The notes under the pieces: generated by a model
Databases searched by the model: none
Seen by the model: only the letters and a program-made list of their open reading frames with translations
What the model was told of the DNA's origin: nothing
Part shown: positions 34,945 to 47,584 of the stretch, one piece after another
Layout: every line of letters starts with the position of its first letter
Numbering within the stretch: the stretch's first letter is position 1
NCBI RefSeq assembly: GCF_001194135.2
Contig: NC_068984.1
Location: 145,999,208 to 146,063,207, forward strand
DNA: 64,000 bases
Origin: Octopus bimaculoides
Lineage: Eukaryota
Direction: 5' to 3'
Translations under genes and position numbers: made by a program

Positions 34945-36321
34945 TGTGCACAAGCACACACACACATGCTGATGAACATTAGTTGTCTCAATATCACTTG
35001 TCTGAGAGGATTTATCTGCAAAGGTCATGGGCACTGTCCTTCTCTCTTGAACTATATATATATGTGTGCAACTTTCACTGTGTTCTGATTCTGTTATTGT
35101 GCCCCCACTGTAACTGGATTTTGTGTCACCTGAGGGACACCCACAGATTAAAGCTGCTTGTTTGCTCATCTTCAGAGACTTAAGGAACAAACATTATCTA
35201 TAACCATCGGTAGTTTAATATTTATTTTATTATTCAAGCACAAAATATCTCCTATGAAATCCATCTTAATTCAGCCCTGTCTTTAAAACAAGACATCCCT
35301 CACAAGTAATTATAATATCTACTAAACCCGTACAGGGTTACCCCAACCTCACTGCTTTTACTCCATGTAGCATGCATTATCTGTCTGACTTATTCACACT
35401 TTTATCCCCTTAAATGTGTTTCAAGTGCTGTTTACATTACATTCAGGACTGTCTCAACTGCATTATAGGACCCTGGACAAATCAGTGTACTGGGTCCTGT
35501 AGTATTTATTTATGGACAGCAAACCACAACATGCATAGAATTGGGCCCCTACATCCATTTAAAGTGTTTTTACCTTCACTACTCCCCAGGTTTTAATTTC
35601 AGACACCATCACACATCAAAACATTCATCCGAAAGCCTCCATTTAGGATTCAGTAGTAAAACATGTCTGTCTTTTAAGCTAAGATAGCAGGCCTCTATTT
35701 TTTGTCTACACTACCCACTTCATACCCTAAACACTGGCCTTTTGTTGATGCTTCTACCCCCACCACTAATTAGGTCATTCAATTAATATGACTTTCTAAT
35801 TAGTCATCATTTATTGTTGCTATGTCTTTCAGTGGCTCTCACTTGTCTTTGGCTTTATTTAAAGAAGTAAAGAAATTGTTTGTTCACTCAGCATCTTGCA
35901 ACACAAACACTTGGTGTTTGCCCAAAGTAGGAGGTGTGATGGGGGGGGGGAAATTGGGGGAATTGTTTGCGAGTCTGTTATTTGTCATTGTGTCAAGATC
36001 CTTTGTGCGTGTGTGATGAAACATCAACTTACAGGTCAAACATGTACTCAGACCAAACCTATGTTGATGCTGGGAATCATCACTGTTGTCTTCATCACTG
36101 TCATCAGCATCTTCTTCTACTACTACTACTACTACTACTGCATGTTGTACTACTACTACTGCTACATGTTGTTTAGCCTGAAAATGAAAAAGGTTGAATG
36201 TTTAGGACGTGGGTTCGGTTTTCGCATAATATAAACAAACACGAGCCAAGAGAAGCAACCCAGGGTGGCCAGTAGTATTTAAACAACACTGACAAATACA
36301 GGTATATCAAATACCATATAA

Positions 36322-36770
36322 TATACATCATCATCATCATCATCATTTGACGTCTGCCTTCCATGCTGGCATGGACTGGACAGTTTGACAGGAGCTGACA
36401 AGACAGAAGACTGCTCCAGACTTCTGTGACTGTTTTGGCATGGTTTCTATGGCTGGATGCCCTTCCTAACACCAACCACTCAGCAGAGTGGACTGAGTGC
36501 TTTTTAAGTGACACCAGCACTGGTAGGGTTACCAAGTAACTCACAAGACAAAGAACCTTTGAGAGAGGATGTGGCATCGGAGGAGGAATCGTGTGTCAGA
36601 TGATGAAAGGTTAATGTGTGACAGAGAGATAGAAACAGATGTCTTGTTGTAGAGGAGGTACATGGTTACCCAGTTAGAGAGAAAGATTGAGGCCAATAAT
36701 GGGTGTAGTGCTATAGAGGAGGCACATGGTTAACCAGTCCGAGGGAGAGAGTGGCAGGGCATGCTCACAA
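36322..36770 (-). mobile_element. RTE 3'-UTR-derived element
   Basis: (cat)n..ttgacgtctgccttccatgctggcatgg...ggatgcccttcctaacacc. Confidence 0.8.
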
Positions 36771-36902
36771 GGAATGGTGATCAGTCTTGGTTTTCTCTCC
36801 ACTGGCTATTTTCTGTGCATCTTCCATTGGGATTTATTTTTTAGTCTCCATGTCTTTAATAACTCACAAACCAATCTCTCTTCCTGATTTTCTCATTTTC
36901 AG

Positions 36903-36949
36903 TTCCACGCAGCTGTTACATTCTATGAAGGATCAAGTTTCATCAGAAG
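36903..36949 (+). CDS. Candidate 47-nt internal exon (STQLLHSMKDQVSSE in phase 2/1, or FHAAVTFYEGSSFIR in phase 0/2)
   Basis: Long polypyrimidine acceptor tctctcttcctgattttctcattttcag| and consensus donor AAG|GTAAGT. Strongest splice pair seen in the window. Confidence 0.5.
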
Positions 36950-37149
36950 GTAAGTTTTAAATGAACATTTGAAAGGTAAACATTTAAAAATAATAAATAA
37001 TCACTGTTGGGTATGTTTGGGGAAGAATTACTGAAATATCAATGTTCTGTGTTTTGTCTCAACACCATTTTCTTTGATAGCATTATAGCGCCGACATTCT
37101 TCTATGTACTTCATATAGTACATTATATAGTGCCTACATACGTTATATG

Positions 37150-37660
37150 GGATCATCATCAGTAAGTGTCCGCTTTCCTTGCTGGCATGGGTTGGACAGT
37201 TTGACAGGGTTGGCAAACCAGAGAGCTGCACTAGGTTTTGGTGTCTGCTTTGACTTGATTTCTACAGCTGGATGCCTTTTCTAACATCGACCACTTTACA
37301 GAGCAAATCAGGACAATTACCCCCTCTCCAATATATTTAGAAGTTCTAAATCATCATCTGTTGTTCTCAGGGGTAATTGTCCTTGGTGGGGGGTAAATCT
37401 CCTAGACTCGTACAGTGAACTGGGTGTTTTTATTGTGGTACCAACATCAGTGCTTTTAACATGGAACCAGCTCTGGTGTTCTTTACATGGCTCCATCACT
37501 GACAAGGTCACCAAGTGTCTTGCAAGACTAAAAAAGACAAAACCCTGGCTCAACTGGGAGGGAGAGGAGTATTGAGTGGGGATGGTTTGGTGCCAGCTGA
37601 GAGATTAAAATATAGAGACAGAGATAGGTGTCTCGCTGTAGATACCTGGAAAGAAGAGTG
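37150..37660 (-). mobile_element. RTE 3'-UTR-derived element, split by another repeat
   Basis: 3' part at 37150-37305 and continuation at ~37415-37660. Confidence 0.7.
37308..37412. repeat. Dispersed repeat with GGACAATTACCCC/GGGGTAATTGTCC inverted motifs (second copy 62510-62626)
   Basis: Shared tctccaatatatt.agaagtt.taaatcatcatctgttgttctca.gg.taattgtccttgg...ctagactc. Confidence 0.8.
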
Positions 37661-37694
37661 TGTTAGAGAGTAAGGTAAGACATGCATTGTATAG

Positions 37695-37770
37695 TACAGT
37701 GGTTCCCAACCTGCTTCGGACCCCTGGTGGTCTACAAAGGTAGTACTGGGGATCCGTTAACTAAATTCAA
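37695..37770 (+). mobile_element. hAT (Charlie-like) terminus
   Basis: cagtggttcccaacctg...ggggatccgt. Partner end unclear. Confidence 0.35.
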
Positions 37771-37771
37771 A

Positions 37772-38070
37772 AGCCACCATTCGAGTGAAGTCGATGCCAG
37801 TCCTCCCACCGACTGGCTCCCGTGCCGGTGGCACATAAAAAAGTACCATTTGAGCGTGGTCGATGCCAGTGCTGCTTGACTGGCTCCCGTGCCAGTGGCA
37901 TGTAAAAAGCACCCACTACACTCTCAGAGTGGTTGGCATTAGGAAGGGCATCCAACTGTAGAAACCTGCCAAATCAGATTGGAGCCTGGTGCAGCTTCTG
38001 GCTTGCCAGTCCCCAGTCAAATCATCCAACCCCTGCCAGCATGGAAAACGGATGTTAAATGATGATGATG
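37772..38070 (+). mobile_element. RTE 3'-UTR-derived element
   Basis: gactggctcccgtgccggtggcac (x2)...ggaagggcatccaactg...ggatgttaaat(gat)n. Confidence 0.85.
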
Positions 38071-38371
38071 ACATAAATATAAGCATATTAAAAGGGGTCC
38101 ATGGGCAAACTCATTTATATTACACACACTCTCCTATATTATGGCCCCACAATATATTTCAGTAGCCGTTGCATGGTTTTTGTCTTAAGAACACCAGATT
38201 TTACTTTCAGTATTCTTATGTTAAAGAAAATTAAGGTTTGGTTTGGGTAATAACACAGATACTGGCATAAACTTGTAGAACCCACAATAGAAAGGAATGA
38301 TAGGTCTAACGTTCTGCTCCGGTTAACACAAAAAGTTGTGGACACTGATTAAAGGACCTTGATCATTAATC

Positions 38372-38730
38372 ATCATCATTCAAGATCTGTTTTCCATGCT
38401 GGTATGGGTTGGATGTTTTGACAAGATCCAACAAGTCAGAGGTCTATATCAGGCTCCGATGTCTGTTTTGATATGGTTTCTACAGCTGGATGCCCTTCCT
38501 CACGCCAACCGTTTTACATTGTGTATTGAGTGCATTTTCCATGTCACCAGCAGCAGTGAAGTTGCCAAGTAGCTTGCAAGATAAAACCCCTTGATTGGGT
38601 AGTATCGAGGGAGGTGGCTTTATGTCAGGTGTTGAAGGGCAAGAATATGATAGAGGGGTAGGAACAGATGTTTTGCAGTTGAGGAAATGCATGACTATGC
38701 CAGGTAGAAAAGGAGAGAAGACTATAGTGG
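38372..38730 (-). mobile_element. RTE 3'-UTR-derived element
   Basis: catcatcattcaagatctgttttccatgctggtatgggttgg...ggatgcccttcctcacgcc. Confidence 0.75.
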
Positions 38731-39060
38731 TGATGAGGTACCAGGACATACCCTCAACATACAAGAGGTTGAATGTGAGGTGGGATGGGACAGGTGAGTA
38801 GAGGTAGGGGATATAAGGATATAGGTGATGCACAAACGACAAACTGGCAAGGATTATCGAAAGTGGTTGCATCCAGCAGACTAAGATGAAATAAGATCAC
38901 TTTAGTAGAATGCTATCAGTGCTTATAAGTAGTTCTTTAATCCACATTAATCTACCAAAGTAAAATAATCATGATCAGTTATTTCATAGTAACACTAATT
39001 ATTTACAATTTTGGTGTCATTGACTGGAAAATGCAGGGAATCAAGAAGTCTGACAAAAAG

Positions 39061-39238
39061 CAAGGAAGTTTCTCAACACACAAATGGGACATAGAATCTT
39101 ATGTAGATTGGTTGTATAGCCAGAGATTCCAAAACAGCCAACACAGGGTAACACCATTTACTGGAAACATGGAAGTTTCTCACCATAAAAAGGATATACA
39201 ATCTTATGGCTTACGTAGAATAGTTGTATATCCAGAGA
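39061..39238. repeat. Diverged ~109-bp-period tandem duplication
   Basis: ggaagtttctca...aatcttatg...gttgtata.ccagaga at 39061-39126 and 39169-39238. Confidence 0.7.
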
Positions 39239-39429
39239 CAATGAGATTCATTGAACTTCAGTCTGCTGTGATACTGCTGTTTTCGGATGCTATCTGTACA
39301 TCTGTGTGGACAACAATAAATACTTTGTGGTATTTACAATCCTTTATGAAGTACCAGTAATATAAAATGTGTTGATTCAGCTCACTACAACCTTTGCCTT
39401 ATAAATCTGTGTTCTTGTGTTAATTTGAA

Positions 39430-39870
39430 AGTAAAGACATTATTGTTTCCATTTCATTGTATTTAAGTTTGTCTCAACAGAAACTTGAGTTTTTGTTTAC
39501 AAGAGAATTGTCTCAAATACCAACAGTTTTCCAAGAACATATTCTGCAACTGTTTGGCATATCGATGACTTGGAAGTTGTTTGAGGTATCTGTTGAATTT
39601 CAGTGATTACTGAGGCTCTTTTTTGTTTCAATGGCCTTTTGTATTCGATCTTAATCTCTAACCCATCAGAGTTTTTAAGTTTTTCATGACATCAATAATT
39701 GAAGTAGATGTTCACCTTTTCATATATTAATCGTTACACCAGGTCAATTAACCAGGATGATATTTATTTATTTGTTTGTGTCGCTAATGCTTCTGTGTGA
39801 AACATGCTCAAACCAGTTAAACCCAGTTACTTTGTATTCAAATTTCTTGCAAACTGATCAGTAGAAGTAA
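39430..39870 (-). mobile_element. R4/Dong-type 3' fragment (copy D)
   Basis: CKKFEYKVTGFNWFEH...N*PGVTI...SIIDV...NRYLKQLPSHRYAKQLQ..., the restriction-like endonuclease region. Confidence 0.65.
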
Positions 39871-39879
39871 CTTTCCACA

Positions 39880-40180
39880 ATATTGTGCCAGTCTGATATT
39901 CTTTCGATGCCAATACAGGGCAACATCACCAGTTTTTTTTTTCCATATGTTTTACTCTTAAGATGTGGACTGTTTCCAATAGAGCGAGCTTCAAGACTTT
40001 GTAAGGTGCCAGTGTTGCTAAGGACGCAATTGGTGAATTTTTTTCCATTATTCCCATCTTCATAAATCCTGGAGCTCTGATAATCCCTGGTATTATTTCT
40101 GTTTCCATCCTTCATATTCATCTCAGGATCTTTGTACTTGTTCAGCAGTTCTCTGACTTTCACAATTGTTGTTTCTTTCT
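39880..40180 (-). mobile_element. R4/Dong-type 3' fragment (copy B)
   Basis: LLNKYKDPEM... and METEIIPGIIRAPG...VLKLALLETVHILR (cf. IPVIIGALG...QKIALLGTAHILR). Confidence 0.75.
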
Positions 40181-40184
40181 TGAC

Positions 40185-40345
40185 AGTTGATCTCAGTGGA
40201 ATTTGAACTCAGAATTCTGAGTTCAAATTCCACTGAGATCAACTTTGCCTTTCATCTTTTCAGAATCAATAAAATAAGGACCAGTTGAACATTGGGATCA
40301 ATGTAATCGACTCGTCCCCTCCCCCTAAATTGCTGCCCTTGTGGC
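40185..40345 (+). mobile_element. 5'-truncated CORE-type SINE beginning with a 60-bp perfect palindrome
   Basis: agttgatctcagtggaatttgaactcagaa|ttctgagttcaaattccactgagatcaact (40185-40244), then the CORE and tail. Confidence 0.85.
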
Positions 40346-40479
40346 TAAATTCTTTTGTGTCAGATTCTTTTTTTTTTCTTTTCTTTTTGTTTTTTCTTAA
40401 GGTGTGGTGCAGTCTTTTTATTGTATTAGTGTTTGTGTTGTGTGTGTAATGCATTGAGTAATTGGCTTGCTGGTGGGAG

Positions 40480-41512
40480 TCTCATTCCTGGCAGGATTTA
40501 TGTGGGTAGCAGGTGATTACCTGTAATCTCAGCTACCCACAAGCTTTCAAGTGCTTAAGACCCTCCTGATAATCTTTCCTGTTCCTAAGAGGTAAACTTT
40601 CTTCAGAAGCTCTACAAGACATTCCATTCCAATCTCCTTCAATCATTTCTCTATGTATTTACTTACAGTTCCAAATGCACCAATTATTATAAGCACAACT
40701 TTACACTTTTCAAACTCCAAATTCTTGCATTTTCAAGTTTTAAGAAATTGTATTTAAAAAATTTTTTTTTTTGTTTCACATCCTCTTTCTTAACAATTCT
40801 GGAATCAAACGGACATGGTGGATCAATTAGTGAGGAACTTTGCATTTCCTTGTCTATTATTTCCCAGCTTATTGTCTGTTTGAATAGGAAAGTCCCACTG
40901 AATCTTACAATTCTCCAACTCCAGCATTCATACTTTGTCTCCAGCTTCAAACCCCTATTTCTGGTAAAGCTTCCAGTGTAAGACCATTACAACTTGGTCG
41001 TGCTTCCATTTCTTATATTCTTCCTGTGCCAGCTTGGGACATTCTGCAACAATGTGTGCCACTGTCTCATTCCAAGTTTCACAGATTCTACGTTTTTCTG
41101 ACACTTTCTCTCCATATATATATTTTTTTACAAGTTGTTTGTTTTTATCATTTGATCCTGGACTGTTACAATTAGGCTTTCTGTTTCGTTTTTTTTTTTT
41201 TTAACGAAGCCCAGAATTTTGCTCCACATACATCCTCTAACATGCTCTCTTTGAATTTCATTCTTGTCCATTTCCGCCTATTCCACACTTGATCACTTCT
41301 TCCTTATTCACCCTCTTTAGTAGTTTCTCTGTGTTGTTCTCTAAATATTTCTTGTAGGCTTTTTTTCTTTCCGTTTGTACACACTCTTCTTCCACAGCAA
41401 TTAAACCTCTTCTACCCTGGTCTCTCTCCATGTACAGCCGGTTGATATCAACTTTCTGGTGGTGGGCTTCACACATTGTCAACAGCTTTCTAGTTTTTCT
41501 GTCAAATTTCAT
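40480..41512 (-). mobile_element. R4/Dong-type element, 5'-truncated (copy A)
   Basis: FDRKTRKLLTMCEAHHQKVDINRLYMERDQGRRGLIAVE; CCHC knuckle ICETWNETVAHIVAECPKLAQEEYKKWKHDQV; WDFPIQTD; LIDPPCPFDSRI; IIIGAFGTV...LLGTGKIIRRVLST*. Confidence 0.85.
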
Positions 41513-41520
41513 CATCATCA

Positions 41521-41554
<34 letters not shown>
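41513..41554 (-). repeat. (TAA)n(TGA)n linker between R4/Dong copies C and A
   Basis: Plus strand atcatcatcatcattattattatt... Confidence 0.9.
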
Positions 41555-41557
<3 letters not shown>

Positions 41558-41880
41558 ACAGCCTTGTATTTATTACATTCTTTGACTGCACTACAAGTGT
41601 GACTTTGTGTGCCTAGGCTATGTGCTGTGGTTTGTTTTGGTTATTTTGTTATGTTTACAATATTGAAAGTACTCGGCAAATTTCTGTGTTATATTCATAA
41701 ACCATGGGGTTTTGATTATGCGTTTTTCCGTGTGTTTTCGGGCCACACCTAAAGCACCAATTATTCTAGGGCTTGTTTCTGTCTTCAGGTTCTTCATTCA
41801 GGTTATTTCTCTTCCTAGATCTTTGATATTTCAATAGTTTCTCCATTTCTTTTACTAATGATATTACTATCTGATACCAT
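41555..41880 (-). mobile_element. R4/Dong-type 3' end (copy C)
   Basis: SDSNIISKEMEKLLKYQ...KTETSPRIIGALGV..., then a 3' UTR ending aataaatacaaggctgttg(aat)n. Confidence 0.75.
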
Positions 41881-43373
41881 TATTATGATGATTATATCCT
41901 GCAAGATGAAAGAGTGTGAGGTGAAGTAAAGCAAGTTAGGAAGGACTATATAGGCTCTCTCTGTTTTAAATTAATTTAATCTTGGGTGAGAATTATATAA
42001 GGAAGATGAGTCGCCTGTCTATGGAGCTCTCAGCCCCCCTCTCATCAATGATTGGTTATTGTGCTTTTCTTGTAAAATAGAAATATTTTGATCCAAGCTG
42101 TTTAAGCAAAAATAAAGGTTTAATAGAGAAGTTTGTATATTCTCTGATGAAAAATATAACTTGAAGCCATTGCAGTTAATATTGAATTGATGTGTGTGAG
42201 ACTAGAAATGTGTGTGAATTGTTCCTGTATTTTGTATTGCTTCCTATGAAGGGTGAGTAGAATGTCAAGTTTGAAGCTATCTATCAGGTAGATATAGACA
42301 AACAAATTAGTCTCCTGTCGGTGTGAGGTGTCCTTAAAATTATACAAAAATAAAAAGAGAGAGAGAGAGAGAGACTGGTTATGGATGTGAAAGAGTAATT
42401 GTATGCTCACAACAAGCGTACATTGTAGGATAGATGTCAACATAACACTGCAAACGGGATAAAATGTCTGCTGTTTTGTTGAAATAGATTTTTTTTCCAG
42501 TTTGATATGCTGAAAACATTTAAAATATATTATAAAATCTAAGGGAAGGATTCCTTTCCTTTTTCTAATGTTATTAATTCTTTACTTGGCAGAGTAATAA
42601 TGTTAGCTAGTTTTTTATTTTTTAAATTTCTGAGGTTCATAAATGTATTTGAACCTATTTAGTGAATAGAAAATATTTCACTGCAATAGTTAAAGTTAGT
42701 AATATTAGCATATGTAAAAAAAAAAAATTAAATTCCAGATGTTTAACTTTTGTTTGGCCTCGCCATTTCTGATACATGTTTTCCTCCAACATTTTAACAT
42801 TGAGTTTATTGTTTAATAAAGATTTGTTCTGTTGTAATGGAATTGTAGTCAGCTAAATGAAATTATTTGAGTAACACTAAAAGACATTATATTTAGTATC
42901 CATTATTTTTGATGTATTTAATTTCTCAAGAACTTGAATAAGTTATATGATGCTATCTTAACAGATACCAACACACACACACACACACACACATTTACAA
43001 AAAATAAATAAAATAAATAGCAGCACAATAGAGCAGTTGGCTTTAGTGAGCTTAGTTCTGATTGGTTGAATAGGTTTGCATCAACCAATGACTATGTACC
43101 TGCCTGCTGAACTCCTTTCTTGTAGGTCATTCCCTGTGAGAACTAGCTAATGTTCTGCCATGTTGAATCTTTGAGTAGGTAGCAGCAGGAAAGACCAACA
43201 CTTACAGCTATTTAAGGTTGTATGAGAAAATATACTTTTCTGTTTTCTGTCGCATGCATTTTGTCCTGCTGAAAACGACCATGCTAAAGGGTTTGCATTT
43301 TATTTAAAACACAAACAAAAATGATGTTTTCTACACAATTTTAGTAGCTCATCATAAACACATTCCACCTTTC

Positions 43374-43404
<31 letters not shown>

Positions 43405-43899
43405 ATAATAATAATAATAAACAATAGTAATAATGTGAAGTACACATGCAGTAAGAACATCATCTCAATACCACCAGCTGCATGAGATGAATTAAGTTTA
43501 CTTTTATGATAAATTTATTGTTTTAAGCATCTTTCCTAATTTCAAACTTATCTTACTAATCCATAATTTATGATAAGCTTTTTCACTGACATTTTCTAAG
43601 TTAAACAAATCAAGTGGTTCTTACTTAAAAATAGGTAAAAACCAAACAAGTAGAATTATTATTATTATATTAAAGTTTTAATCTTTAGAATCACCTGAGA
43701 TGTCATGCAATTTATTTATTCTTCTGACCTTCATTCAAAATAGTTTGTAAAGGATTTCTCAAATATTTAATTTAAGAAGAAAAAACATTTCTGTCAAACC
43801 CCATCAAATTTTTTGTCATCTACTTTTCAATTATTTTCCTTTTCACAGAAGAAATTGCATTTTGAAATTTTTCATGTAAATGCACTGACAAAAAATATT

Positions 43900-44500
43900 G
43901 TTTTTTTTCTTTTTAAGGGATTGCTTTTATATTTTAGCCATTCTGGATTTCTCACTAGTTGCTCTTATTCAATGTCTTGTCCATTGCAGTCTAGTTGCCC
44001 ACAGACTTATTGAGAAGAGAAAACAAGTTCAATACCAGTGGACAGCTGCAAATTCACAATAACTGACTATTGTTTGGTAGTTTAGAATCTGTGGGGATGT
44101 CCTACTGAGTTGGAATAATAGCTCAAGCTTTATTCAACTCTTTAATCTGCACTTAGGATTCATTTAGCAGTCCTTTGTCTCAGCAACAATTTCATTCATG
44201 AGAACAGAAAGAATTTTATTTAGCAAAGTTCAGCCAGAAAGATTTTCTGAATCTCCTGCAAGTTTTATCTTTTCCTTTTTTAATAGAAATATATCGTATT
44301 ACTTTCTTACTTGAGACAAAATTTGCTTGAAAAGTTCCATGGAAAGTCATGTCCAGAAGAAGCTTCAAACCTTTTAGAATCTCCTGCGTCACTTGAAGAT
44401 ATTCATATAAAAATATTCTCTGTGATAGCTTCTGGATTTTGTTAAGTTATTTTAACTCTTTTTCAAAAGTCTGTTGCTGATCCTTTCTGATAGAGCAGAG
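43900..44500 (-). mobile_element. Tigger/pogo transposase fossil (highly decayed)
   Basis: RFEASSG..., IKKEKIKLAGDSENLS, and ELVF...TRLQ-MDQDI-like motif (cf. LPPNTTS.LQPMDQGII). Confidence 0.45.
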
Positions 44501-45993
44501 CAAAGGTCAGTTTTCTATTTTGGAAATGGAAAAACAAAACCTGAATAAATATAAGTTAAAAAAAGTCAGTTACATGATAGAAGAAATTTTAGAATTTTTC
44601 CATTCCATTATAAGTGTAGATAAATATAATTAATTCATTGTGGAAAACAGACTATATTTATAGAATGTGAAGTGATCTTATTCCCTAAAAATATATTCAG
44701 CCAGCCATCTGTCTGCCTGTCTGTTGTGTGCGTGCGTGTGTGTGTTTTATTAATATCCAGTTGTTAAAATATGACTAGTGTCATTTGATTTTTCATCAAA
44801 TTTTACTCTTCATGCATCTGTCAGAAGTTTATAAAAATCTGTCTTTATATTTGTTCAATACAGGCTTAAATTTCTCAAACCAATAATAATGATATATAGT
44901 AGTAACAACAACAACAACAACATGATAAACATAATGAGGATTTAGCTAATACTTACTAAACAAAAACATAGACATACAGATATATTTTAATCAGTCTCAA
45001 CATTGATTTATGCTGAAATATTTTTGCTGTTTACATAAATGTGTGTTTGGTCATAAAGGTAAGATTATGCAACAGAATTCCGACCATGCTACAGCTGAGC
45101 TGACTTCAGCTGCATCACAGGTTTATTGTTAGAACAAATATCAGACTCTAAAATGATACCTGATGGCACGAAGAAAGGGTTTGGCAATGCAGAAGGGTAT
45201 TTCTATGTATTTTCTTAAAACTTTCATTTCTAAATTATATTTTCTCCATTTGTGGCCATCCCTCCTTTTCACGTGGATGTTATTCATTCTGTAATGGATC
45301 GACTCTAAGTTGTACTTTATTGTCTAACAAACACATGTAATGTGGAGGTATGTGCACCCATTGGTAGTATTCACACACACATTTTAATATTTACATATCT
45401 ATGTACCTTTTAAAAAACAACTAGAAGAATGTGAACATGTGTGTGTGTGTCTTTATGTAAATATGTCCAAATATACACATAATCTTAACACGTGTTAAGA
45501 TTTTATAGAGAAAGCGACCCACCCCATCCTGTCTCTTCTTTCTATGATACTTTCCCCCTTAAATTAAAAGTTTCTAAACCCTAAACACTACAAATACTTG
45601 CTTTTTATCAAGTGGGAAATGCGTGTTGGAGTGAGCTGTAGGCTGCAACATTGCTGACTTGTATAATAGCCAAGTATAAACTATGGCTGCTGCTGTTGTT
45701 GTTGTTGTTAACTATAGCAATGTCTCATTATCATATTTGTGCATTGAGTAGCAGAGCAGATCAGATCTTGTCTTTTCCCAAGACTTTCTCTCGCCATTCA
45801 GATCAAGTTAAGCATGATTTCATTTCAAGCCTGCTCTGATCAACTTCGCATTTTCTTCTCATCAGGAGCTGAAAAATACAAATATCAGCAATACCCTGGG
45901 ACCAACTGTTTCAGTTGGTTTATATATATATGTGTGTATATATGTATGTATATGCACACACACAGACACACATATCTATTTATGCATATGTAA

Positions 45994-46029
<36 letters not shown>

Positions 46030-46497
46030 ACATATATACACACATATATATATGTATGTACATATAGACATACATAGCTATACATGAATATGTATATGTA
46101 AATATATATATATACAGACATACATATATATATGTGCATACACACACACACACACATATATACCTCCATATGTATATAGACATACAAATATGTATGTATG
46201 TGTTTATGTGTGTGTGTTACCTTTACAAATATAGTTTTTTGTGCTGAAGAAATAATTGTTGTTGTTGTTATGGCCACCACCACTACAACGACTACTCTTA
46301 ACTGATACCTTCATGTTGGACAGACTGGAGCAAAGGAAAACAAAAAAAAAAACCCAAAAAAACTTTGTGCCGTAACATGTTGAGAATATATTAAAGGAAA
46401 ATTTTATTTTGTGCTTTAATTTTATTCCATTTCCAAAAGAAAATTTCACTGAATATTTACTTGATGGGAGCAAATATAAATTTTTTCTCCCCTTCCT

Positions 46498-46529
<32 letters not shown>

Positions 46530-46918
46530 TTGATTATATCTCTTTGCTTTCATAACACACAGTCACATCTAAAGGATCATTTCCATCCAGATATGGTGGT
46601 GTGTGTGTGTGTGTGCATGTGCGTGTGTGTGTGTGTGTGTGTGTACATTTTGTCTTTAATACTCTTTTAAGTTCAAAGCAGCTTTTAACAGATTTGCCTA
46701 TAAATTTCATCTTGAACTAAAATACACAGAGAGAGAACCTCTGATTCCCCTCTCTCTTTCATAGACATGTGTGTATATATGTATATATATATATATATGT
46801 CTGTGTGTATGAATGAATTATATATTTATGTATGAATATATGTGAATGTGTGTGTGTGTGTATATGTATGTATATTTGAATGTATATATATATATATGTA
46901 TGAATATATACGAATGTA

Positions 46919-46973
<55 letters not shown>

Positions 46974-46996
46974 CTATGAATGTATGTATGTGTCTG

Positions 46997-47032
<36 letters not shown>

Positions 47033-47584
47033 TGAATGAATGCTTGTGTGTATACATGAAAATGTGTATGTGTGTGCATGCATATATAGATATATACATA
47101 CATAGATCTATATACGCATAGATAGATAGATGCTATGTGTGTGAATAACTTCACAGTGGTTCTACCTAAAACATGGTTAATATAATTGCCTTGGTGAGCT
47201 CTTCTTTATAAACCACTAACCTACCGATTCGATTCATATCTTTCCATTATTTGTGGATTGTGAAAGTTAAGCCTATTCACTTGCAGGCTATATGGTACCA
47301 TAACACATTAAACATTTCTATAGACCCTCTATCATATTGTGCCTTCAACAGCCGTACACTTACATGCGTTAACCAATGTAGAACCAGAATCGTCATTAGA
47401 ACTGTTACATTAAGCAGTTGTTATGAAACTCTGCTACTAGCAGCTGCCGACTCAAAGAAGTTAACATTTTGGCAAGCAGGGTTTACACTTTACAAAATGT
47501 TTATTATATTTAGTATTGTATTCAGTAGACAATATTGCTGACAGTAATTCAACAGTTGTAGAGTTTAGAGAGGCAAAATTTAAC

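Noticed and set aside
35150-35180. Minus-strand CTGAAGATGAG
   Set aside because: No downstream GAAA or stems.
37810-37990. HDV-like ribozyme in the RTE-derived repeat (ggc-tcccgt-gcc resembles P3/L3)
   Set aside because: No P1 partner, no J1/4 GG and no J4/2; only generic hairpins can be drawn.
39160-39200. Minus-strand ggtgagaaac resembling a C2H2 TGEKP linker
   Set aside because: No Cys/His spacing, and the repeat period is ~109 bp rather than 84.
45780-45900. Acceptor-like sites on both strands
   Set aside because: Frames close quickly or lack a good donor.
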